This document shows, piece by piece, positions 44,453 to 53,412 of a stretch of DNA of 64,000 nt; positions within the stretch are counted from its first letter, which is position 1; every line of letters starts with the position of its first letter. The position numbers were made by a program, and so were the translations under genes. This stretch comes from Chlamydiota bacterium (GTDB lineage Bacteria; Chlamydiota; Chlamydiia; Chlamydiales; FEN-1388), in assembly GCA_013287775.1 (NCBI GenBank), contig JABDDE010000002.1, positions 11,988 to 75,987 on the forward strand, in the 5' to 3' direction. Below the pieces are notes generated by a model that did not search any database, was not told the origin of the DNA, and worked only from the letters and a program-made list of their open reading frames with translations.

Positions 44453-44558
44453 GGAAAATGGCATATGACGCAACAACACTACAGTACCACACTCCCTTCT
44501 ATCAAGCTGCGATAGTACGCTGATCGTCTAAGTAATTCTTGGGCAGAGTATGCCTTAA
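44453..44558. repeat. direct repeat DR2: PAL-1 half-site (44453-44470) plus authentic 3' end of the ABC gene
   Basis: Partner of 41981-42078. Confidence 0.8.
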
Positions 44559-46290
44559 TTTGATGAGTGTCTGCAAGCTCAGATAAGTCGATGAGACCCG
44601 CCGCGCCTTCCACAGTTTTGAGTCTGTGGGCTATCACCAGAGTAATCGCCGAGCGCGCAAGCTGAGACATCATCTCCGTAATTTTTACTTCACTAATTTC
44701 ATCTAAGCTGCTAGTGGGTTCGTCAATCAAGAGAACAGATGGTTTATAATAGGTAGCACGCAAATACAGAGCGGCAAAATTGAGACGCTGGCGCTGGCCT
44801 CCTGAAAGATTCAACCCACCTTCACCGATTTTTGTTTGAAGGCCTTTATAGGTGCTCAGAACAGCAAAAAGACCAACGGCGTCTAAGATGGCAAGAAGCT
44901 CATCATCACTGTAAATAGGCTCTTCTGGCAAACCTTCTGGCAAGCCAAGGAGTAAATTGTCCTTCACAGTGCCCTTCACGTTCGTTGCTACTTGCCCTTG
45001 GAGCGCAATAAGCTGACGACGCACAGCATCACTGGTTTGATATATGTCAATATTGTCAATAACAACACTGCCACTAATAGGCTTGAGTTGCCCACCTAAA
45101 ATAGAGAGAAAAGTGGTTTTGCCAACGCCTGAAGGGCCTATAATGCCGTACAGTTTATTTGGCTGCTCCTGAGCAGCGGTCATCGCAAATGAATGATTGT
45201 TATAGAGCACTGCGCCGCCGTAGTCAAAGTGAATATTTTCAGCGCTTATGGTGATGGGATCTGTTTTAACTACTTGTGGTTGACTATCGCCAAAAACGGG
45301 GATTTGCTGTTTTCCAAACGCAGGGATAAAGGCAAAAAGATCATGGATGGCTGCCAGGCTTCGCATCGTTTTTCTAAAAAGCTTCATGGTTACTACAAGC
45401 ATTTTAGTGCCTTGCATGTAGGATAAAAATAATCCAATAGCAGACGCTGTTGTGGCAAGCGAATGATTTACTTGCCAGACGAGAAATACAGCCAAGATAA
45501 ACAACGAGGCCAAATGGAGCAAAGCAAGGAAATGGAAGGTTGCAGAATAGGAGAGCCATAGCGCCCCTTCGGTGTATACATTTGAAAGCACATTATTCTT
45601 AAGGCGCTGACTTCTAAAGTCGGCTGCAAAGGTAGATCGAATAAGCTGTATTTGTGCAAGATTCTCCACTGCAGTGGTCTTACACGCATCATCGGATTTG
45701 AGGAAATCTTTTTCGAAAGAAGCAGAGATACGAGTTGTGAAATAATACCCTATGCTTATGATAGATATAATAAACAGGGCCATGATTGCCGCTATGGTGT
45801 ATGAATAGTACACTACCATGATGATGACGGTGATGAGGCTGAAAATAAGAGGAGTAAAGTCGTCAGTAATCTGGTCGAGAAGATCTTCGCAGCCACGCGC
45901 TCCACGATCTATTTTGCCAAGGATAGCGCCACTTGATCGATGCACGTGGTATTGTGGGTCAACGGATAATAAATGCAGGTGCGCTGCCTGATAAATGCTA
46001 TAGATGCACTGCAGCTGGAATTTGGGATTTTGTTGGCGTGCCAGTTTTTGAAGTATGTCGAGGATAAACCAAATGCCGAAAATCACAAAGCACATATACA
46101 TGCCATGTGACTCAAAAATGAGCGCCGCCAAAAAAGGTGTTATTGTCGTAAACACTTGATATATGGCCGTCATGGCCAAAATGCAAAAGCAGGTGCCTTT
46201 CTGATAGGCAATCAACTGCCACCAGGGCTTCGTAAAGTCAATTGGAAAGATAGTTGGATTTTTTATCTTTTTAAATTTCATAAACTGCAA
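44479..46290 (-). CDS. ABC transporter, fused permease/ATP-binding protein (exporter type)
   Basis: Walker A GPSGVGKTT, signature LSGGQRQR, Walker B LLIDEPTS, and six N-terminal TM helices. Confidence 0.85.
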   Translation of the reverse strand: MQFMKFKKIKNPTIFPIDFTKPWWQLIAYQKGTCFCILAMTAIYQVFTTITPFLAALIFESHGMYMCFVIFGIWFILDILQKLARQQNPKFQLQCIYSIYQAAHLHLLSVDPQYHVHRSSGAILGKIDRGARGCEDLLDQITDDFTPLIFSLITVIIMVVYYSYTIAAIMALFIISIISIGYYFTTRISASFEKDFLKSDDACKTTAVENLAQIQLIRSTFAADFRSQRLKNNVLSNVYTEGALWLSYSATFHFLALLHLASLFILAVFLVWQVNHSLATTASAIGLFLSYMQGTKMLVVTMKLFRKTMRSLAAIHDLFAFIPAFGKQQIPVFGDSQPQVVKTDPITISAENIHFDYGGAVLYNNHSFAMTAAQEQPNKLYGIIGPSGVGKTTFLSILGGQLKPISGSVVIDNIDIYQTSDAVRRQLIALQGQVATNVKGTVKDNLLLGLPEGLPEEPIYSDDELLAILDAVGLFAVLSTYKGLQTKIGEGGLNLSGGQRQRLNFAALYLRATYYKPSVLLIDEPTSSLDEISEVKITEMMSQLARSAITLVIAHRLKTVEGAAGLIDLSELADTHQIKAYSAQELLRRSAYYRSLIEGSVVL

Positions 46291-46739
46291 TTTTGCAATT
46301 CCAAAGCAAAATGATGGCCGACGATTTTAAAGCCATGGTTTAAGTAGAGTCGATGCGCGTCGTGACGTTGAGGACCGCTGTCTAAATGGACTTGGTCGCA
46401 GTATGCGTTCTTGGCCTGCGCAATAACCCACTGCAGTAGTGTGCTCCCGTAGCCTTGTCTTCTTGTTGTGGAGTCGGTGATGAGGTCATCGATATAGCAT
46501 ACCTTTCCCCACGCTAAAAACTCTAAAAATCTATATCCAACAACTGCATGCACTTTCTCGCCTTGTTGATAATATGCGAGTTTATATCCTACAGCCATTT
46601 GTCGCTGGACTTGGTTGATAAAGCTTGCCTCATCAGGTACATGAGGGCGCAGCTCACGCACAATCTGAAAGCAGGGACGAATGTGCTCGATAGAAGTGGC
46701 CTCATGAATATGTGTGGGCGTGCTATTTTGGTGTTTCAT
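46278..46739 (-). CDS. GNAT family N-acetyltransferase
   Basis: RRQGYGSTLLQWVIAQAK acetyl-CoA binding motif. Confidence 0.75.
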   Translation of the reverse strand: MKHQNSTPTHIHEATSIEHIRPCFQIVRELRPHVPDEASFINQVQRQMAVGYKLAYYQQGEKVHAVVGYRFLEFLAWGKVCYIDDLITDSTTRRQGYGSTLLQWVIAQAKNAYCDQVHLDSGPQRHDAHRLYLNHGFKIVGHHFALELQNCSL

Positions 46740-47389
46740 TTTGGCAAGAAAATTTGCTCATGAAATTTTTCTGCTGAAAGTTGGTTTTCTCGTGCCTGTT
46801 TGGTATCTTTTCCACTGTAGAAATAGAAACAGCCTTTGTAATGCATGTCGAAATAATCACTAGTTTGGGAAAAGGGGTCTTCAAAGCCTTTGGGCATCGA
46901 GCTGCCATAGGAAGTAATAATATAGAGATCTTTATTTGCCAGGCGACGGCCAAGATCTTTTCGTATACTGAGTAAATCAGTCCAACGGTCGATAAAGGTT
47001 TTCATTACTGCGCTCATCGAATACCAATATACTGGTGTTGCCAAAATGATAGGATTATGCTCCATCATTTTTTCAGCTAGCGGGATAAAATCATCAGAGG
47101 CATTCATAGAGTCGTAGTCATAGTCTGAAATATTCAAACCACGTAAGTCTATCACAGGGACTGGTTGATTTTTTATGACTAATTTGATTGCTTGCAGAGT
47201 ATTTCCATCACTACGGGAGCTGCCAAAAATAATAATTGGATTATATGCTGGAGTCTTTTGTGATTGAGGTGCAGTTGCTTCCACGAGTGAGCTATCAATT
47301 TGTTTCATGTTGGTTGGAGATGTCGTCTCGCCATAACAAGACACGGTAAAGCTCATAGCAAAACATAGTATGATTAGTATACGTAGCAT
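46736..47389 (-). CDS. flavodoxin-like NAD(P)H-dependent FMN reductase with N-terminal signal-like segment
   Basis: IIIFGSSRSDGNT motif. ATGA overlap with the GNAT gene. Confidence 0.65.
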   Translation of the reverse strand: MLRILIILCFAMSFTVSCYGETTSPTNMKQIDSSLVEATAPQSQKTPAYNPIIIFGSSRSDGNTLQAIKLVIKNQPVPVIDLRGLNISDYDYDSMNASDDFIPLAEKMMEHNPIILATPVYWYSMSAVMKTFIDRWTDLLSIRKDLGRRLANKDLYIITSYGSSMPKGFEDPFSQTSDYFDMHYKGCFYFYSGKDTKQARENQLSAEKFHEQIFLPK

Positions 47390-47520
47390 ATAAACCTGCT
47401 TTATTTTATTTGGATGTCTTGGTAAGTGTAGCAGATTTTTTCAAATTGTGGAATTGGTTTTCTCTATAGTTTCACCCCCCTATTAAAGGGGGGTGGTGAA
47501 TAGTCGCAGCAAATATTTTT

Positions 47521-47559
47521 GCCATGTGCACTTTTCCGGAAGGAAAAGTCGCACATGGC
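47521..47559. repeat. PAL-1 palindrome (subtype C)
   Basis: gccatgtgcacttttcc-gga-aggaaaagtcgcacatggc, 6 nt after the stop at 47566. Confidence 0.85.
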
Positions 47560-47565
47560 GTACTG

Positions 47566-49116
47566 TTACCGGTGGATACGGTAGGTATATTGATCGTTAG
47601 GAGTGGTTGAGGAAGTGCCTGAAGCTGTTGTCACAGTGACATTTACTGTGCCAGCAGCCCCTGCAGGTGCAGTTGCATGAATAACTGTTGGTGATATTAC
47701 TGTAAAATCTGAAACAGTATTTGTACCAAATGCAATACCACTTACGTTAACGAAATTGACCCCATGAATCACAACCATGTTTCCACCCGCCGTAGAGCCC
47801 TGATGTGGACTTACGCTGGTTACTGCAGGAGCAGGAAACCACGAGGCTGCAAAAATCTTTGTTTGTGTTTCATTGGTCCAATTGGCAACAGCAAGTCCTG
47901 TATGATCAACTGCAATTTGAGGAAAGTCTGCTATCTCACCTACAGATGAGAGGGTCGTCACCGAACTCCAACTTCCGCCAAATGGCAGTGTTGCTGATTG
48001 AATAAGCGTATCTGTCCCTACGGTATTATCCCAAATGGCAATCGCATTGCCTGCTTGGTCAACTGCTACGCGTACATCAAAGGCCTGCTCTCCTGTATTG
48101 GTAAGCGTGGTAGTTGAAGACCAACTAGTAGCACCAAAAGCAAGGGTCGCGGCTTGGGCAAAGATATCTGATCCAGTACTATTGCTCCACAAAGCAGTCG
48201 CATTGCCAGCATGGTCGATAGCAACAATAGGCTCAAAGTTAAGAGCGCCGCTGCTAACACTCAAAGGTGAGCTCCAGCTGCCTCCAAATGGTAGTGTGGC
48301 TGACTCAATTTCAAAAAGGCCACTATTATCTCTTGCCCATACTGCAATAGCATAGCCAGCAGCATTGACAGCCACTTCAGGTGTTCCAGCTTGGGTGCCC
48401 GAAATAGTTGTAAAAGGCGACCAGAGTGCAGATCCAAATGGCAGAGTCGCTGCTTGAATGGTCTGGTAGGTAACGTTTGACCAGACAGCAACAGCATTGC
48501 CGTTTTGGTCAACACCTAATTGTGGGACATAGGTATCTTCAGGGGCTGCAGAAAGATCGGAAGTAGGCGTCCAAAATAGCTCGCCAAAGGCAAGGGTTGC
48601 ACCTTGTGTGACATTCCTGCCTAATATATTTATCCTTTGCCAGACAGCAACAGCATTGCCGTGAGGATCCAAAGCAACTTGTGGTACAAACGCATCTGCT
48701 CCTGGAAGTGATAGATCACTCGTTGGTGTCCAGCTGGAGGCTCCAAATGGAAGAACAGCACCTTGAATGATCGTATTTGTGCCATCTGATCGCACCCATA
48801 CTGCCACAGCATTACCATGCGAGTCGACAGCTACTTGTGGGACCGTAGCATCCTGTCCAGCAACAGAAATGTTTACTGGAGTAGTCCATCCTCCACCAGT
48901 AGGTAGTGTTGCACCCATAATGATAGAATTGGAGCCATTAGACCCTTGCCAAATAGCAACGGCATTTCCATGTGAATCAATGCCAATTTCAGGACTATTT
49001 GAATTGGTAGATGAGATGGGAACTGCAGGCAGATTCCATGCCGCCTCCATCTGCGTGAAAGAAAAAATGCACAGCAGCATGCAGGCATTTAAAATGTAAG
49101 AAATAATTTTCTTCAT
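47566..49116 (-). CDS. secreted repeat protein (eight ~46-aa GNAVAVW repeats) with C-terminal IPT/TIG domain
   Basis: Signal peptide, repeats D-x-x-GNAVAVW...IQ-x-ATLPFG-x-x-W-x-x-P, and C-terminal VTSVSPHQGSTAGGNMVVIHGVNF... Confidence 0.7.
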   Translation of the reverse strand: MKKIISYILNACMLLCIFSFTQMEAAWNLPAVPISSTNSNSPEIGIDSHGNAVAIWQGSNGSNSIIMGATLPTGGGWTTPVNISVAGQDATVPQVAVDSHGNAVAVWVRSDGTNTIIQGAVLPFGASSWTPTSDLSLPGADAFVPQVALDPHGNAVAVWQRINILGRNVTQGATLAFGELFWTPTSDLSAAPEDTYVPQLGVDQNGNAVAVWSNVTYQTIQAATLPFGSALWSPFTTISGTQAGTPEVAVNAAGYAIAVWARDNSGLFEIESATLPFGGSWSSPLSVSSGALNFEPIVAIDHAGNATALWSNSTGSDIFAQAATLAFGATSWSSTTTLTNTGEQAFDVRVAVDQAGNAIAIWDNTVGTDTLIQSATLPFGGSWSSVTTLSSVGEIADFPQIAVDHTGLAVANWTNETQTKIFAASWFPAPAVTSVSPHQGSTAGGNMVVIHGVNFVNVSGIAFGTNTVSDFTVISPTVIHATAPAGAAGTVNVTVTTASGTSSTTPNDQYTYRIHR

Positions 49117-49303
49117 GTGATCTCCTTTAGGTTATACTCAAAGGCGTTAATTTTTTTCGTTTGTGAAAAAAATCAACACCTCATTGTATAGGTTACTTTT
49201 TGATTTGTCTGTATCGAAATATACTGCGGCCGCTCATTTTGTGTCAAGCAGTGCAAAAGAACATGCAAGAGAGAGAAAAAATTCCTGGAAACGTATATTC
49301 CTC

Positions 49304-49333
49304 GAGCGACTTTTCTTTCAGGAAAAGTCGCTC
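49304..49333. repeat. PAL-1-related short palindrome (subtype C core only)
   Basis: gagcgacttttc-tttca-ggaaaagtcgctc, 15 nt after the stop at 49349. Confidence 0.7.
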
Positions 49334-49348
49334 TTGAGTTTGTCCCTA

Positions 49349-51217
49349 TTACTTCTTCACGATCTGCAATGGGCGCATCATATCATGATCCTCATGGGAA
49401 AGAATATGGCAATGCCACACATATTTTCCAGGAAGGCCAAAGTGCATAATAATGCGAGTCCTTTGTCCAAGAGCATTGACAGGTCCCCCATTTTTTGGGA
49501 ACACGTTAACCGTGTCAAATAAGCCATGCTCAGCAGGAAGAGGGGGTATAGGCTTGCCAAGCAGTTGTATGTTGCTCAGAGCCCCAGTGGTTGGATCTTG
49601 AGTGCCACTAAAATACTGCCTGTCCAAGATCTGGAAGTTTCCAGCATGCAAGTGGATAGGGTGCGAAACGCCTGTGGTGTTATAGATCTCCCAAATCTCT
49701 GTGGTTCCAAGACGTGGTTTTTCCGTTATAGGATCATCCCAGTGAAGGCCACCCAATTTTGGTGTACCAAGGAGTGTTAGTACTCGACCATACGTATCCA
49801 TTGTTTCAAAGAGCAGTACTTTTCGAGACTTAGTAGTGGGTTTCAGCTTCTTTATAGAATGCTTGCGTAATTTTTTTGGCAGGTGTGTACGAGGCTGATC
49901 AGAATCGGCCTTATGCTTTACTTTAAAAGCCATAACGAGTCCTATTGAATGAGGATTGGGCGGTGTTCCACCAGGAAAAGGAGCATTGGCAGTATTTTTC
50001 ATGATGAGCGTTTGCCCTTTATAATCAGAAAAATCAATAACCAGATCTGCCCTCTGCGCTGCGCCTAAGAGAATATGTGCGATTTTCACAGGTGCATTGA
50101 GAAATCCTTGATCGGTGGCAATTTGTGTAAAGCGAACCTTGTGTGTGGACTTAGGCGATGTAAGATGGAGATCTAAAAAGCGAGAATCACAGGCATTCAA
50201 TACACGGAAACGATACTTACGAGGCTCCACTTCTAAATAGGGCCACGCTTTACCATTTACCAGCATAAAGTCACCCAAAAATTCAGGCTGTATACTTGGC
50301 TGAGGCTCATTTGGAAAATTGACGGGATCGTAATAGGGAAAAAACAGATCACCTTTAGTGGTAAACATTTTATCTGCGATCATAAGTGGCACTTCATACT
50401 TTCCTGTGGGCAAATTGTGCTTTTTAATGAGGCTTTCTTCTTCTTGATCGCGTATAATATAGATACCATTGAGTCCAGAATAGTTTGTAAGGCGAGTAAA
50501 GCCAAGGGGATGCTCATGATACCAAAGCATCATCGATTCTTGAGCATTATCGTATCGAAATACTTTCTTCTTAAACAGCGGGCCTGTTTGAGCAAAATTG
50601 GGTGTTGTCCATGCATCAGGATTGCCATCACTTAGGTCCTCAGTGAATCCTCCGTGAAGATGTACGACTGCTGGCAAGCCACTCTGTGGATATGTTGGAT
50701 AGTCGGGCATGGCTATATGAATGGTCTCGTCTACAGGGACATAGCGAAACTCAGGAAGTGGCTCGCCATGCTTGTTTACCAGTTTGTTTTGCCAAAATAC
50801 CCTAATAGGCTTTTGGCTATTAACAACAAACGTCCTTCCAGGATAGGTCGGCTTTTGATGTGGCGCCGCAAACCCAAACATGGGTGTATGAAGATGGTGG
50901 CCTTTCTTATTCACAATACCTAAGTCAGCTAAAAAGGCAGTTCTGTATATTTTATATAGAGGCACTCCATGAAAGGTATGAATTGGTTGAAATATAAAGT
51001 CCTTATCAAGGACGTTGACCAATTTGTTAACAAACTTCGGCTGCTTTGTTCCGTCCAGAAGCTCTGGCAATGGAGGGTTTGGAGGAAGTGATTTAGCTTG
51101 CAATGCTTTGTCTTGCAACGCTTTGTCTTGCAGCGTATGTGCTGCTTGTGCATGTACCGATAGTTGTAATGCAACCAAGCCCACAGCTGAATATGAAAGC
51201 AGTTTTCTTAAAAACAT
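49349..51217 (-). CDS. multicopper oxidase (CotA/bilirubin-oxidase-like)
   Basis: HPIHLHAGNFQ and WHCHILSHEDHDMM copper motifs. ATG at 51217 with AAAGGA RBS and a signal peptide. Confidence 0.8.
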   Translation of the reverse strand: MFLRKLLSYSAVGLVALQLSVHAQAAHTLQDKALQDKALQAKSLPPNPPLPELLDGTKQPKFVNKLVNVLDKDFIFQPIHTFHGVPLYKIYRTAFLADLGIVNKKGHHLHTPMFGFAAPHQKPTYPGRTFVVNSQKPIRVFWQNKLVNKHGEPLPEFRYVPVDETIHIAMPDYPTYPQSGLPAVVHLHGGFTEDLSDGNPDAWTTPNFAQTGPLFKKKVFRYDNAQESMMLWYHEHPLGFTRLTNYSGLNGIYIIRDQEEESLIKKHNLPTGKYEVPLMIADKMFTTKGDLFFPYYDPVNFPNEPQPSIQPEFLGDFMLVNGKAWPYLEVEPRKYRFRVLNACDSRFLDLHLTSPKSTHKVRFTQIATDQGFLNAPVKIAHILLGAAQRADLVIDFSDYKGQTLIMKNTANAPFPGGTPPNPHSIGLVMAFKVKHKADSDQPRTHLPKKLRKHSIKKLKPTTKSRKVLLFETMDTYGRVLTLLGTPKLGGLHWDDPITEKPRLGTTEIWEIYNTTGVSHPIHLHAGNFQILDRQYFSGTQDPTTGALSNIQLLGKPIPPLPAEHGLFDTVNVFPKNGGPVNALGQRTRIIMHFGLPGKYVWHCHILSHEDHDMMRPLQIVKK

Positions 51218-51353
51218 AGTTTTTCCTTTGATTGTAGCCAAGGCTTGTGGATGACAAGCCTATGCTAATATGTTAAAAAATAATTTAAATTTCGGCATAC
51301 CCTCCCTGAATGTACGCCATATGTAAATTTTCTGTAAAGGAATAATAGCATAA

Positions 51354-52913
51354 TTAAGAAGAGGTGAGTAACCCTAGCAAATGATCCCCAACACGTAGCG
51401 CATTTGCTATGGCCGTAAGCGAGGGATTCACAGCGCCAATGCTCGGGAAAAAACTGGTGTCTACAACATAGAGATTGTCTAGCTCGTGAGCTTTGCAATT
51501 CACATCAATCACAGAGGTTTTGGGGTCCTTGCCGAAGCGGCAAGTGCCTGCTTGATGGGCGACGCCTGCAATGGGGATATCAGTTTTGAAATACATGGAG
51601 CGAGGAATTAAATGCTCAGGGTGCATGCCAAGATGGCCGAGCATGCTTTTAAGCTGTTCGTAGAGCTTGTTTTTGGGCACTTGATTGTTGGGTGTATAAC
51701 TCAGAGTTATGTCTCCTGCATTATTGACAGTGATGCGATTGCTTACATTAGGTAAGTCTTCTGTGGAGAGCCAGAAGTCGACAGCATGGCGCGAAATCTC
51801 TTCTAAGAGCATATGCGGCACGAGTGCGGTTTCTATGGGTTTTTCGCCCTTATACATGGCTGGTAGTGACTTTCCAACCATTTGGATATTGCCCATGGGG
51901 TAGGGAAAATCTTTTGTGCCAAAGTAAAAATCGTTAAGTGCCATCGTTTTCTGAAAGTAGGTAGGATTTGGCTCTCGAGAAATCGCAAGAACCGCTTGGC
52001 TGTTATGATACATGTAGTTGCAGCCCACCATGCCAGAGCCGTTGGCAAGGCCGTGAGGGTGTTTATCATTTGCAGACTTCAATAGGAGTGCGGCCGAGTT
52101 TGCCGCCCCACACGATACCACAACAATATCAGCTGTAAATGACTGCAGGCTTCCATCTTTTTCAACGATAACCTCATTTACGGATGTCCCTGAGGCATTA
52201 GTGGTGAGCTTCACAGCCTTTGCTTCTGTGCACAAGGTGACATTGGTATACTCTATGGCCGGGCGGCAGGCAATCATCTCCGCATCAGCTTTTGCTTGTA
52301 CCAAACAAGGAAATCCATCGCACGTTTGGCAGCGAATGCAGCGGCTCATCTCTCTTTTTTGTTCATTGAGCATAATAGCACAGGGAGCTGGAAAAGGGTG
52401 ATAGCCAGCTTTTTTCAGGTTATCATAGAGCTGTTGTATGCGCGGCTCATGAGAGACTGCAGGGTATGGGTATGGACCACTTGCGTCAGGCTCAGTCGGA
52501 TCTATCCCACGCTCGCCGTGCACCTGATAGAGCTGTTCAGCTTTCAGATAGTAGGGCTCAAACTCCTCATAGCTCACGGGCCAAGCAGGAGAGATGCCAT
52601 CGTAGTGTTTGAGCTCGCCGAAATCCTCTCTCCGAAGCCTGTAAAGGGCTGCGCCATACATTTTTGTAGCGCCGCCGACATAGTAGTGTACTTGGGGCTG
52701 AAAGGCTTTGCCAGTGCTATCATACCATGTGTCGGGTGAGATATAGCGGTTTTGTACAAAGACAGACGTTGCATCCCAATTTTCGACTTCACGTTTGAGC
52801 CATCCACCACGCTCTAAGAGCAGGATTCGCTTGCCAGAAGGGGCAAGATGGCGAGCGAGTGTCCCACCGCCTGCCCCGCTCCCAATAATGATCACGTCAT
52901 AATGTTCACTCAT
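51354..52913 (-). CDS. GMC family FAD-dependent oxidoreductase
   Basis: DVIIIGSGAGGGTLA dinucleotide-binding motif. 519 aa. Confidence 0.8.
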   Translation of the reverse strand: MSEHYDVIIIGSGAGGGTLARHLAPSGKRILLLERGGWLKREVENWDATSVFVQNRYISPDTWYDSTGKAFQPQVHYYVGGATKMYGAALYRLRREDFGELKHYDGISPAWPVSYEEFEPYYLKAEQLYQVHGERGIDPTEPDASGPYPYPAVSHEPRIQQLYDNLKKAGYHPFPAPCAIMLNEQKREMSRCIRCQTCDGFPCLVQAKADAEMIACRPAIEYTNVTLCTEAKAVKLTTNASGTSVNEVIVEKDGSLQSFTADIVVVSCGAANSAALLLKSANDKHPHGLANGSGMVGCNYMYHNSQAVLAISREPNPTYFQKTMALNDFYFGTKDFPYPMGNIQMVGKSLPAMYKGEKPIETALVPHMLLEEISRHAVDFWLSTEDLPNVSNRITVNNAGDITLSYTPNNQVPKNKLYEQLKSMLGHLGMHPEHLIPRSMYFKTDIPIAGVAHQAGTCRFGKDPKTSVIDVNCKAHELDNLYVVDTSFFPSIGAVNPSLTAIANALRVGDHLLGLLTSS

Positions 52914-52929
52914 ATAAGTCCTATCTTCT

Positions 52930-53412
52930 TTAGCTCCATTTATTTAAGAGCTGCTCCACATCACTCCAGGGGAGACGACTGCCTTTTTCTTTCATTGAAT
53001 CAAAACTATGTTTAGCCTGAGCTTGTGCAATAATTTTTTGATTCAGTAGCTCTTCAACGATCCACATGGTTCCATGTACTTCTATTCCTTCACTTTTCGC
53101 AGCAGTTCGAAGATACTTATCACCTGTAAGGAGCGGACATCTCTCTTGCATTGCAAGAGCTAAAGCTGAGTGATCCATGATACTTGGTCGTGGATATTTG
53201 CAATTCAAAAACTCAGCTTTTTTAACCGATTCTGCAGTGAGGCTACGTACTTGTAATCCTGCTTGCAAAAGATGCCCATGTTGTTCTTTGAGCTCTAATT
53301 CAAAGAGAGTGTCAGGCACCGCAATTTCATAAGGAAGGCGAAAAATAACGGGTGTTAAGTTGCCATCCTCCATGTCTATGAGAATGTTAGCATCGCTGAT
53401 AAGTAAAATCAT
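52930..53412 (-). CDS. PIN-domain protein (putative toxin/nuclease)
   Basis: N-terminal LISDANILID, mid E residues and LLTGDKYL acidic positions typical of PIN. 26-nt overlap with the upstream HTH-ImmA gene. Confidence 0.6.
   Translation of the reverse strand: MILLISDANILIDMEDGNLTPVIFRLPYEIAVPDTLFELELKEQHGHLLQAGLQVRSLTAESVKKAEFLNCKYPRPSIMDHSALALAMQERCPLLTGDKYLRTAAKSEGIEVHGTMWIVEELLNQKIIAQAQAKHSFDSMKEKGSRLPWSDVEQLLNKWS

Noticed and set aside
49163-49522. 119-aa ORF between the propeller gene and the multicopper oxidase gene
   Set aside because: It runs across a PAL-1-type palindrome and into the antisense of the oxidase 3' end. It has no RBS.
51090-51140. 15-bp tandem repeat (ttgcaa-gctttgtc x3) near the multicopper oxidase 5' end
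   Set aside because: It is in frame within the N-terminal linker (QDKALQDKALQAKSL) after the signal peptide. This is a minor coding microsatellite and is noted only as evidence in the feature.
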